This document shows positions 40,501 to 50,920 of a stretch of 64,000 bases of DNA, one piece after another (within the stretch, counting starts at the first letter, position 1; each line of letters begins with the position of its first letter). Below the pieces are notes generated by a model that saw only the letters and a program-made list of their open reading frames with translations, was not told the DNA's origin and ran no database searches. Source of the DNA: Saccostrea echinata (Eukaryota). The position numbers and the translations under genes are program-made. The stretch is taken from positions 43,090,001 through 43,154,000 of the forward strand of contig NW_026889803.1 in NCBI RefSeq assembly GCF_033153115.1, given 5' to 3'.

Positions 40501-43500
40501 AATGCGTATTATATTTGGCCAAATACGGTAAAAAGAAAAAAAAAAAGAAAGAAAATTAAAGCTTTGTCAATTTACCTATAATTGTTTTTTAATATGTTGT
40601 TTTTTTCTGCATCAAGATATTGAAAGTAAAACAAATTGTTAAAATCAAAATATACTGAAAACTTTTTTTTAATGAAGTAAACATTTCATTACCTTATAGA
40701 AATGGTTGAAGGGTGTGAACATATAAATAAATTTTACATGTTATACAATTATGGACTTCAGTGTAGGTTGATAAGTGGTTCTAAAGACCCATGTCAAGTG
40801 ATATTGACCAAAGATACAGAAAGTGATAGTGACTGAGCTTGCGACCTTATTTTCTCTGTCTGAGGTCAATATCACTTGACACAGGTCCTTACAACCACAT
40901 ATTGACCATTCCCTGAAGTCCATAATAGTTATATTATATAATCACTCAAAGGGAATAATCTGACACAGTCCCTTCTGAACAGACTTGACTGTCATCACGT
41001 CACAATGGTAAAAACATGCTTCTTATATTATGACGTAACGTTTTATGTAACTTTGGTGCAGCCAAATGGTGAGCAGTGCGATTTCATAATCCGTGGAGGC
41101 ACTTTCATGTCAGTATCACAAAAGGAGGAATTTCACATGATGTCCTTTCAGCCAATGAAAATTAGGAAAATAATACTCTTATATGGCAAATCGCTATTCT
41201 CTGGGCACTAATACATGTAATTGATCTATCACTTGTGTCTAATTCCAACCTTCATTCTTATAAAAAATACTACAAACAGAAAAAAACTATATACACTTAT
41301 TCAGTCAAATATTCGACACAACTGATTAACCATGGGTATCTAATGATGGTAAACAGTGCACACTATGTTCACTTATGCATAATGGCTCATCAGCATTGAA
41401 TAAATACACCAAAATTTTATACTGATAAAGGTTATGAATACTCCATTCCATGTTCCTATAGTAACAAGCTGATTATGTAAACACTTGATGGTAGTGATGG
41501 GAAATCAGAAAAAAATGATTTTATCATAATCCATTATCAGTAATAATCGGCTGCGCATAATCGATTAATAATCAATTATAATCGAGTTTTTATATTTAAT
41601 AAAATAAATATAAAAAGAGTTATATTTATTCAGATTTCAGTTTATACTTTTAATACCAAAAAAAAAATTATTTTAATTATTTATTAAATTCATGAATGTT
41701 TATTAATTCTTTCATTTCAATAAAGTGAAAAATAAGAATTATTTCTTTACTTTTTAAAAAAAATGTCATTGAAATATACTGAATGGGAATTTATTTTTAT
41801 AAAAAAAATCTCATGAAATGTATTGAATGGAAATATTACTGTTATTAGTCCCACCTTGCATAACATGTATTTATTTCTTGGAATTACAAGTTTTTTTTTT
41901 AAAAAAAAATAGTTATCCAGTATTTGCACTTGTATTCCTCATTAAAGTTAAGTTTACAGACCGTCTGTACTGTTAATGTTTTCTTTTACATAGTAAAACC
42001 AGGTAATTTTGTCTGTTTTCTGTTATTAGTCTGACCCTATATTCAATCATGGCAGTAAAAATATCAACAAGGCATGGAAACTTTCGATGTGTCGAACATT
42101 CATCACTACTTTAAAACTCTTTGCACATGAATTTGGTAATAAAATTAAAGTATTAAAATATTAATTTAATAAAATTAAAGTATTAAAATATTAATTTTTG
42201 TCAGTGATGTTGGCGACATTTATTTCATAATCGATTAGTATAGCATCGAAGAGCACCAAACAACAGACAATCGATCGTCGGCGACAATCGGCCCATCACT
42301 ACTTGATGGAGTGGAGTGTCTTTTTATATTTAAACATCCACATGCACAAAGAAAACAAGGTCTTATACAAATGTAGATGAGCAAACAAATAGTGGATGAA
42401 GTCAGTATATACTATGGGCAGATAACATAAAGGCACTTGTGCCTGTAGAGGGAAGATTTGGCTTTGACTTCTGATTAGGTCAGTCATTAACATGTACATG
42501 TAGTATATTGGGTATGTACTTCCTTTATTGTTGTTACGTCAAAAAGTTTAAAATGAAACCCAGAAAGTTTTTTTTTATTAGAAGCTTGAATAATGCAGTA
42601 CAATTTAATTATCACAAGTGTTTCTCTTCACTTTCATTTTTTGAGCAACAACAGTTTTTTTTTTACTATTGTGACTTCAACCAGGTATTGCATTTTCTGC
42701 TGTGTTCCTGAAAATGTTTCATGAAGACTTGGATATAAATGTGAGAATGTGACAATTTGTTTTCAAATTTGACAGCCCCAAAATCCTGGATAAAAAGGTG
42801 CCAGACAAAGTGGTCCCTTACTGTCTACGGTATAGGCAAAACAAAAATGATATGTTACATACTTATGAAACAAATGTCCACACGGCAGTTTTCTTGCCCC
42901 CTCCATTCTCTCCCAGCATACAGCACAGTTGTCATTGTGACCCTGCAATTCTTCTTTGGTAGCCATTGGAAATCTGAAAAGTTTTGTGATGAATGAAACG
43001 GAATTCAAGTTTTGAACATTCAATACCTCATGATATGATAAGTATGACTTGAGAATACTGAATGATGGAAATGACAAAGCATCATGGTAACCTAACAGAC
43101 AAGTCTGAGGAAAGGACAATGAGGACATAGGGACAAACCCCACATTACTACTCTCCAAAATCTGGATTTGCAATGCAATAATCATGTAAGAGGAGACAAA
43201 ATATGGAGATATTTATTTATACTTTTCTTCCTTTAAAAACTTTTTCAACTTTTTAGTGTTCTCTCACTTCTTGATTTTCATCCAGTGCCTAGGCAGTTTA
43301 CATGCATTTCAAATATATTTTTGTAGTGTATACCTTGCTTCCATATTTTGTACAACTCTTCTGTAATTCTTATGACGATTGATCCTCCTTTTGAATTCAT
43401 AAAATAGATACCTCAGCTGCATACAAATTACAAGACTGGCCATGCTCAAGAAGATATTTCCCCACAACTACAAAATTAAACACACAAGAAATTATGTCAA

Positions 43501-46500
43501 TTCAGGATAAATGAAATTAGTTTCTAAATAGTCATGTAAAAGGAAGTTGGAATTTACAATTTATTCATTTTTTTCTCAACAAAGAATTTTTCATTCCTTG
43601 TATGGCAAACATTTCTTGAAGATGAACTAGCAATTATTCAAATTTTGGGCAATTTTAAATTTTTTTTAATTCATGCAGATTTTCTTACCAACATATGAAG
43701 ATGATGTGCAAAATCAACAGCTAAATAAGCCAATTCAAATCCCAGTTCTGTGTAATAGATATAAATAGACTTGTTCTCCCAGACACTGGTGACAGTCATG
43801 TCCCACAAGTGGATCACATATCTAAAACAAAGGGATTCTTGGAATTATAATCTTCCAACAGTATTGATAACAATCAATTCTTAATTAAGCTTGACAGATT
43901 TGCACTTTCAGAAATTTGTATCCTAAAAAACAAACAAACAAAAACCAAAAAATTGATATATTGCTGTGCAATTCTTTAAAAAAAAAAGTAATAAAATCAT
44001 TCCCTTAGAATGTGTAAATTAAAAGTTGGTTTATGATAAAGACAATATGAAAATGGAATGATCATCTCAAAACCAAAAAGACAATTTTCACCCTACACTA
44101 TCTATTATTCAGGGACATAACTAAATTCATGTAGTTATTTTCTCTTTTACTGGAAGTTTATTGAAAACAAGCAATTCATAATGAATATCTCTAAAATTTA
44201 ACCAGAAAAAATTGCTTGAATCAGGCAAAATTCTTGCATAGGTGCCATGTTTTAAAAAAGAAGCACATAAATGGGTTTAAAATTCTATGAAAAAAGATAT
44301 CTTTTTCTGAACTACTCCTTATTTCTAAAGTTCCAATGTGTTATAAGGGACACATAACAAACATAGAGTATTAAGTCTTAGGCAACTCTCCTGGAAGCAA
44401 ATATCAGATAAAGGTCTAGGACATTAATTAAGCAGAGGTGGAAAACAACACAGTCAAATAACTGAAAACAATTACAGTCAAACCTTGTTATCTCTAATTC
44501 GATGGGACTAATGAAAAAATTCAAAATATCAAAGAATTCAAGATATCAAGGATAAATGCTTAAAGAATAAGTGGTTAGGACTTCCAAATCACTTTGACAT
44601 ATTCAAGATATCAGTGTTCAAGATACTGAAGTTCAACTGTACATAATAGTACACTAAAACCTTGTTATCTCAAACTTGACGGGACCAAGCTTAAACTTTG
44701 AGATATACTAGGACCAGAGATAATGAAACTAAAAAAAAAACAAGAAAAAGTGGATGGACTGCCAACTCTGACATATCTCTGATATTTGAGATATTGGTGT
44801 TTGAGATAACAAAACTCAACTGTATATGGATTTTGCTCTTCCTGACTTTCTAATCAATCTTAATGCATGCTACAAATTCAATTACCTTACTACAACATAG
44901 AGGGCCCTAATGCCCAACAGAAGGCACTCTGCAGCTAAGAAGGCAAAAATAGTGGGGCCTGTCTGAAGCCCAACATATCCACTAAGGAACAGTAATGCAA
45001 AGCTACATAGCAGGATGACAAACAATAGGCCCAGCAGCTTGAGATGGATACCACGGGCAGCTATAGGAGAAAAGGACAGCTGAAATGTAAAAAAAATATT
45101 CAGTATCAATGAAGTATCATTGCAAGGCTGTACCCTATATTAATATACTTTACATATCTTAAAATTCTTATACAATGTACCATATCCTACATATTCTACT
45201 TTTTTTTCAAAAATCTCATAAAATATTCCATTTTCCAATCTACACACTTGTATGACTTACATTTTCAGATGTAAGCACCTGTTTGACTTACATTTTCAGA
45301 TGTAAACACCTGTGTGACTTACATTTTCCAATCTAAGCACCTGTATGACTTAATATTCCAATCTAACACGTGTGTGACTTACGATTTCCAATCTAACACG
45401 TGTGTGACTTACGATTTTCAATCTAATACCTGTTAGACTTATGATTTTCAATCTAACACCAGTGTGACTTACGATTTCCAATCCTACACCTGTGTGACTT
45501 ACATTTTCACATCTGAGCACCTGTGTGACTTAATCACCTATGTAACTTACATTTTCCAATCTAACCTTGTGTGTCTTACAATTTTCAATCTAACACCTGT
45601 GTGACTTAAAAATTTTCATTCTAACACCTGTGTGACTTACGTCTTCCAATTTTACACCTGCGTGACTTACATATTCAAAGCGGTCTTTGGAGAGCTGTGT
45701 GAGGAGATTGAAGAAGCCAAGGATAGTGAACCACGCCACCCAGGATACCACCTCCTCCAGTGTCTGAACATTCAACACCCCAAAAATAAAGATAAACTTG
45801 TAGAACAGGAAGTTCCAAAACTTGTCTTTCAAATGCTGAAAAAAATATGTGAAAAATAAATGCTCAGTGAATAATTTCTCCTTGACATAATGTACATGTG
45901 CTCTTTTGGAAAAATACATATGCTAGTGAACAAGAGGCCCAAGGGCCTTAACAATCACCCTTTAAAGGATCCATGGAATTGTAAATAATTATATAACTCA
46001 AACTGAAACTGTAAGTCTCTCTTGATCTTTGAATAATATTTAATGTAGATAAATAAGGTACTTTTGTTTCATTTTCATTTATCTATTATGTATGTCTACA
46101 TGGCTATTAAAAACTAAGAAGATACTTTTTAAATTACATATAGAAAATTCCTGTACAATTCCTTTATTCAATTTACCTATCAATTACATTACTTAAATCA
46201 ATTTATTATCAAAAGTGCATAACAAAGGGGAATAACTTCTCTTAAAGCAGAGTAAATATTCCCAAACATGATTAGAATAAACCTCCATCCTACCTCCAGA
46301 ATCCCTGTCTTAGGGTCCATGAATTTAAGAATTTTGGAAGAAGCACTCTTTCTAATCATAACCATGTATGAAGTTTGTCTGCTTAACATTCAATAGGATA
46401 AAAGAAGATTTTCAAAGAATTAATGCTTTTTCACTATGTGATCAATGGATCCCAGCCTTAACTCCAGAATCTCCATAGCAGGGGCCTTGATTTTCACAAT

Positions 46501-49500
46501 TTTGAAATAGGCACCCTTGCTTATCAACACCTTGCACTTAGTTTGTCTGCTTGATACACAGGAGGAGAGGAGGAGATTCTAAAAGAATTAATGCGTTTTT
46601 ACTATATGATCAATAGCCCTGTCCTAACACCAGAGCCCCTAAACCAGGGGTTATGAATTTCACAATTCTGGAAGAAACTCTCTTGCTCATTATAACCATA
46701 TTGGTGCACACATTTCCACTATACCTGTATTATCTTTAAAGCCCTACCCTAACTCCAGAACCCCTTATCCAAAGTATATGCATTTCACAAGTTTGGAAGA
46801 AGCACTCTTGTTCATCATAACTAAACACTTAAATTGTATTCTAAATACCCAGGAGTGGTGAAGAAGATTTTCAAAGAATTTATGCAATTTCACTATGACC
46901 TATAGACCCCCCCCCCCCCCAAACACCAGAACCCCTGATCCAGGGACCATCAATTTTACAATTTTGGAAGAGGCAGTCTTTCTCATCATATCAGGGAAGA
47001 AAAGAAGATATTTACAGAATTAATGCATTTTCACAATATGATCTTTTGAGCACCACCCTAACTCCAAAACCCTTGACTCAGGGTCAAGGGTTTTGAACCC
47101 AGAGCAGAGAGGAAGATTTTCAAAGAAAATATGCATTTCATTATAACTGACCAATTGAGTCCTGCCCCAACACCAGAGCCTCTGACCCAGTGGCCACCAA
47201 TTTCACAATTCTGGAAGAGGCACTCTTTTCATTATATCCATGCACATAGTTTCAAATGAGTTTTAAACACAACAAATAGTAAAGTCAAAGGTCATAAAGA
47301 ATGCCAAGGTAAAAAAAATTTGGACACAGTTGATAAGTTCTCACGAGTATGTTTTAGTATAATTATGTGTTTAGATTAAAATATCTTGAATAGTAATCTT
47401 TGAAATTGAGCTAAAACAAATTTAAGAATCATACGGTCAAGGTCATAGAGAAGGTCAAGGTCCAAAAATGTTAATGCAGTTGACTAGCTGAGTAGTTCTC
47501 ACCAATATGTATCTGCATATGAGGTTTGATAAATATATCTTAAATAGTTTCTTTGAAACTGAGCTAAATGCAAAGTGTAATGGACGGACATACAGAAGGA
47601 TGGCGGGACAGAAGGATGAAAAGGATGCATGACGGACATGACAAATACTATATTCCACAGCCATATTCATGGCAGGGCATAAAAAATTCAATCTCTGTAA
47701 TTCAACTATCAAGTTTCTTATATTGCATGTATTTTGGTAAATGTTTTTTTTATTGTATTCATCTGTATTTATACACTCCATTTTTATCCAATAATTCCAG
47801 AATTTAGTCTTACTGTATACACAGACATAAACTCAGTCATACCTGTTCTTCTGACACTCTTAGCTCCCCAAACACAAGCTTTTGTATTGCTTTTCCAAGA
47901 AGTATCAAACAGCAGTATGCAGAATTAACCAAAATCTGAAAATACAAGGAATGCATTAGGTAATCTGCTGTATATATTGCTTATTTACTGAATGCCAGTT
48001 TCATCAGGAAAATTAATCCATACTTAGAATATTTTTTTTTTTTTTTTTTTTTTTTTTTCTTTTTTCACATTTATTTCCCAGACCTATAACATTAAAGATG
48101 ATATATAGGGCAGCTACCAGGGATGGGGCCCTGACTAAGCTCCCTCTATAACAATATATAATAATAATCCCTACAGCACCACGCAGGATGCTAAATATCT
48201 AAATCTTAATACAATGTCTCACATAATGTATTCATATCATACATTCAATATGTATATTAATTAAATTGTATAACATATAAAAAAAACCCCAAAAAACAGA
48301 GAATATTTATCCGGAATCAATTTTGGTTCTAAATTTCTTGTTCGTATTTGCAATCCGGTGCGATTCATGAATGTATTGCAATATATTGAATAAATGGGAA
48401 AACATACATGGAGCTTAACTTAAATCTGGATTGTGGAAAACAGGTAACAGTTTCTCGAATTCTGTTAATACAGTTAACGTTAAATTCATATCTCCCTTAA
48501 AATTGCGTTTATCATTTTTTAACAATTGAAAAATTAATTTCATTTCTTTCGTGAATGCTTTTTGGAGCAATGAGGTAGTTATTTTTTTATTTTCATACTT
48601 GATACTGTTTCTTGTTTTCCATATTGACCACTTATATATATAAATCAAAGTGTTAACACATATTCGAACGTTTTTCGGTTCACTGGCAAATCCCAGTAGA
48701 ACAGTACATGCATCAAAATTGATTGAATCCTTTACAGGTATTAGTAAAATTATTCTTTGTACCAATTCTAAAACTGGTTTGACGTGTTTACATTCAAAAA
48801 ATAAATGCTTCTGGCTCTCAGTATTTGCTTTACAAAAAAGGCATTTGCCATTTGATAAACCAAGACTTAGAATATTATTTCATACAGATTATTTGACTCA
48901 TGGTTTACATTAAAAAAAAATGGTATTACTGTTAGTGATTGACCTATATTTCTTGATCGAAAGTAACTGTTGCTAAATCCCTACATTTAATACCTTGCTC
49001 TGAACATCTGCAAAATCTACACTCTGTGCATACCTGGTAGTATAATGTTAGAAGAGATGTGAAAAAGAACACACAAAAGAATTTTATTGCATACCTATTT
49101 CTGAGGCATATCTAGGTTTCAATTGATGAGGATACCTAATTCATGTATATCAGGCAGAGGGGCTTTAAAATGAATTGGATCCAACAAACTAATACATGTT
49201 GGAGAACAGATATTAGATAATTCCATCAATCAGTAGAAGTAAGACATATCTTTTGTGAATCATATGTTATAGATACATTAGAACTACATGTACAGGTTAA
49301 TATGTATACATGAACTGTAGTATACATAGAACATTGTCCTATAGTCTCAGTCTCTCTGGCAGTATCAACATCATCATTTTTTGTATTATTTCTCAAAATA
49401 CATAAACACCTTGGTTTTTAAACTTATTTTGAATCAACAAATACAATGTAATTTTTTCCCCAAACTTTCTGCTTTGAAAGGAACGTTAACCCCTAGATTT

Positions 49501-50561
49501 CAACTAATATATTAACATTGCAGCAAATTAAAAGTCTACCTGGATTTAAAATTGCAAAAATGGCTACACTTCAGAAAAGGATCCAACGTTATTTGTGATT
49601 TTCTGTTGCTTGCCATCAAAAAGTAATGATATAGTACAATTTCCTAATCAATTTAAAAGGTCACACTTCGAAAATCCCTAGAAATAGTGACAACTCCTGC
49701 AGACACCTGACAGCTAGTTTGGCTGAAATTCTGTAGACTTTGGAAAATTAATTCTGTCATACTACTTTCTTTCAAGTTGTACAAATGTATAGTCATTTAT
49801 CATGTGTCATCTGACTAAACATGGTGGGAAATGATGTATAACCAGTGAAGGAAAAAATGCAGTGGACCAGTCCAGGATTCGCACCCACAACCCCTGAATC
49901 ACTAGTTAAGTGCTCTACCAACTGAGCTATCTGGCTACCAGTGATTGAACCTGTCTGGCCGCCACACTTCGATCTTCTCTCCCGAAGACACCAAGCCAGG
50001 CTCTTCCCTGGAAGGTCTTTCACCTGTCACTTCCAGGGAAAGTTCAAGACACAAAAAATAATGGACAAGGGAGAAAAATGAGGTGGACTAGACCATTGAA
50101 TTTTTATCTCTTGCCCATCTCAGATGAAACTTCAATATTTCCTTTGAAAAAATTAAGTCAAAATTTATTTGATATTATTATTAATATGTGGTGGAAGTGC
50201 TCACGTGGGATAGATTATAACTGTGACTATGCTGACATTAATTTTTTATCCAGATTGCAGAAGAGTAACATACCCAGACACACCAAACCTCTGTGGTCAA
50301 AATATGGAACATATTCCAATGCACAGTGTCATAAGGAAGGGTCATGTTGATCCCCTCCCGTGAGTCTGTCAACACTTCATCATCTTCCACTGGTTCAACG
50401 GTCACTCCATGAGCTCCATCCCCCAAATCAACTGTGAGAGTGTCAAAAGTGGACACCATATGATATGCATAGTATAATGCCACTGACAGAACGAGGACAG
50501 AAACTGACGTGTAAGTCTGTAAACTTGGAAGGGGTATCCTCTCCAGTAGGATTACCGGCAT
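10596..50561 (-). CDS. AMFR: E3 ubiquitin-protein ligase AMFR/gp78 (multi-pass ER membrane, RING-H2, CUE, G2BR, VIM); 13 coding exons, ~661 aa
   Basis: Hand-assembled exons on the minus strand: 50561-50274, 47935-47843, 45835-45671, 45079-44886, 43821-43689, 43467-43334, 42973-42863, 23337-23156, 22800-22691, 16362-16237, 14038-13854, 12643-12539, 10755-10596. Total 1986 nt, all GT-AG, phases consistent. Recognisable gp78 peptides: HLKDKFWNFLFYKFIFIFGVLNVQ; RING CAVCWERMEGARKLPCGHLFHN|SCLRSWLEQDTSCPTC; CUE ARQVQSVFPHIP...TIENILEGR; G2BR FSKSASERETMLQSRKEQMLQNARKKYL; C-terminal p97-binding VIM RRELAFQAAQRR. Exon 14038-13854 encodes a low-complexity linker and is the least certain. Confidence 0.95.
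14487..15255. mobile_element. MITE with 5-bp TSD, inserted in an older tandem-repeat element (~14150-15590)
   Basis: TIR CAGGGGTGTGCAATTA / TAATTGCACACCCCTG; AACTA on both sides. Flanks carry repeated tatcttagtatag...gaaattggaccaaaactg...aagaatttc units. Confidence 0.8.
17960..19860. mobile_element. Probable non-autonomous repeat with many GTTGCCATGGTAAC-type palindromes
   Basis: At least six copies of the motif (18247, 18604, 18771, 18946, 19529, 19703); boundaries approximate, class uncertain. Confidence 0.4.
24604..24793 (+). promoter_or_regulatory. Possible TATA box and non-coding first exon of the nested giant gene
   Basis: TATAAA at 24604-24609, donor-like GAG|GTATAT at 24791/24792, candidate acceptors at 25261 and 25381 before ATG 25409. 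Motif-level evidence only. Confidence 0.3.
25409..38876 (+). CDS. Uncharacterised ~2823-aa, largely low-complexity protein with RS repeats and four CCCH zinc fingers, nested antisense in AMFR intron 7
   Basis: join(25409..25823,30820..38876). ATG 25409 (gagATGG) has an in-frame TAA upstream at 25388. The donor G|GTATGT at 25823/25824 is phase 1, and the acceptor tttttcctttttag|AT at 30819/30820 restores the frame into the 2674-aa ORF. The 8057-nt stop-free exon cannot arise by chance in AT-rich DNA. The first exon is inferred from phase match only. Confidence 0.85.
25983..26340. mobile_element. hAT-type MITE in the intron of the nested gene
   Basis: TIR CAGTGTTTGAAA; perfect 8-bp TSD TTTACCAG (25975-25982, 26341-26348). 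Confidence 0.85.
26370..26422. repeat. 53-bp palindrome
   Basis: aattagaggataatgacactataaaa-t-ttttatagtgtcattatcctctaatt. Confidence 0.85.
30345..30726. mobile_element. pogo/Tigger-like MITE
   Basis: TA|CAGTTGAACTTTGTTATCTCAAAC ... GTTTGAGATAACAAGGTTTGACTG|TA. Confidence 0.65.
35259..35426 (+). repeat. Coding 21-bp tandem repeat giving eight RSPxxR(S/T/H/K) heptads
   Basis: RSPPYRT RSPFQRH RSPFHRS RSPMHRS RSPLPRS RSPIHRS RSPMTRS RSPEYRK. Confidence 0.9.
36408..36702 (+). repeat. Coding ~63-bp minisatellite (about 4.7 copies of SSEKEEKQMATDNIMNITKEK)
   Basis: Visible at both DNA and protein level; one copy has an in-frame 3-bp deletion. Confidence 0.9.
38916..40528. mobile_element. Tc2-like (Tc1/mariner superfamily) non-autonomous element, 1.6 kb
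   Basis: TA|CCGTATTTGGCTGAATATAATACGCA ... TGCGTATTATATTTGGCCAAATACGG|TA; internal direct repeat ggggtgcgtattttacacca near both ends; no transposase ORF. Confidence 0.8.
40745..40932. repeat. Degenerate palindromic MITE-like element
   Basis: Arms attatggacttcag...tgtcaagtgatattgacc / ggtcaatatcacttgaca...ctgaagtccataat. Confidence 0.6.
41492..42301. mobile_element. hAT-type MITE (810 bp)
   Basis: TIR TAGTGATGGG/CCCATCACTA; perfect 8-bp TSD CTTGATGG (41484-41491, 42302-42309). Confidence 0.85.
44475..44822. mobile_element. Two adjacent pogo/Tigger-like MITEs (44475-44639, 44652-44822)
   Basis: Each is TA|CA(G/C)T..AACCTTGTTATCTC ... TCAACTG|TA; same family as 30345-30726. Confidence 0.65.
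45229..45670 (-). repeat. ~30-bp minisatellite (~15 copies) built from the AMFR exon 3 splice donor
   Basis: Unit on the minus strand is ~GTAAGTCACACAGGTGTTAGATTGGAAAAT; the first GTAAGT (45670-45665) is the real donor. Confidence 0.9.
45929..47245. mobile_element. Helentron-associated (HINE-like) element with ~150-170-bp satellite array
   Basis: Begins aacaagaggcccaagggcc; repeated gaagattttcaaagaattaatgc...ttcactat...ccagaacccct...ttcacaattttggaaga units, resembling oyster satellite monomers from recall (not aligned). Confidence 0.55.
47250..47686 (-). mobile_element. Fragment of HINE-like element, same family as 60370-61142
   Basis: Reverse complement reads ttttttatgccctgccatgaatatggc...gtttgtcatgtccgtc, matching the start at 60372. 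Confidence 0.6.
48034..48864 (-). mobile_element. 5'-truncated L1/Tx1-like LINE with poly(A) tail and 12-bp TSD
   Basis: Open frame 48864-48415 with the ORF2 C-terminal CCHC finger CLFCKANTESQKHLFFEC and the WSIWKTRN motif. AATAAA at 48075-48070, A-tail 48065-48032, TSD ACTTAGAATATT at 48022-48033 and 48865-48876. Confidence 0.88.
49863..49935 (-). mobile_element. Degenerate tRNA-derived SINE head
   Basis: Minus strand GCCAGATAGCTCAGTTGGTAGAGCAC...GGTGCGAATCCTGGACTGGTCCA: intact A box, mutated B box, poorly paired anticodon stem. Confidence 0.6.
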
Positions 50562-50920
50562 AATTAATAGTTTACTAAATCCAAGAAATTGTCCTTATAG
50601 AAATACAGTCGGCTGAAACTGCGTTACAACCTAAAAGGTGTTTACTTTTTTTCTTTCATGGTTGACAATGACGAAACTTCCGGGAGTTTTCGAATGTATG
50701 GAAGAACGCTCCAGACATAAAATGCGATTATAGAAATGTTTCAACGCCTAAATTTAACGTTGTGACTTACTGGTACTCATCAAATTTTGTATTTAAAAAA
50801 TCTAAATGCCATACAAAGGCTAAAACGTGTTAAAGTAGGTGATGAAATGCCAAAAATGTTAAAGGTTCCATGTGCTATAAAGTTCTAGTGTCGAAACGTC
50901 GTGCAACCGTTTTTACTTTC
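50562..50920. promoter_or_regulatory. Putative bidirectional promoter region between AMFR and SDR39U1
   Basis: Divergent start codons at 50561 (-) and 50921 (+), 359 bp apart; ETS-type ACTTCCGG at 50676-50683; locally more CpG than the flanking introns. Confidence 0.7.

Noticed and set aside
45229-45670. CRISPR-like array of ~30-bp repeats
   Set aside because: Units are head-to-tail without unique spacers, the context is a eukaryotic intron, and there are no cas genes.
49863-49935. Functional tRNA gene
   Set aside because: T-loop reads GTGCGA instead of GTTCGA and the anticodon stem is poorly paired; treated as a SINE relic.
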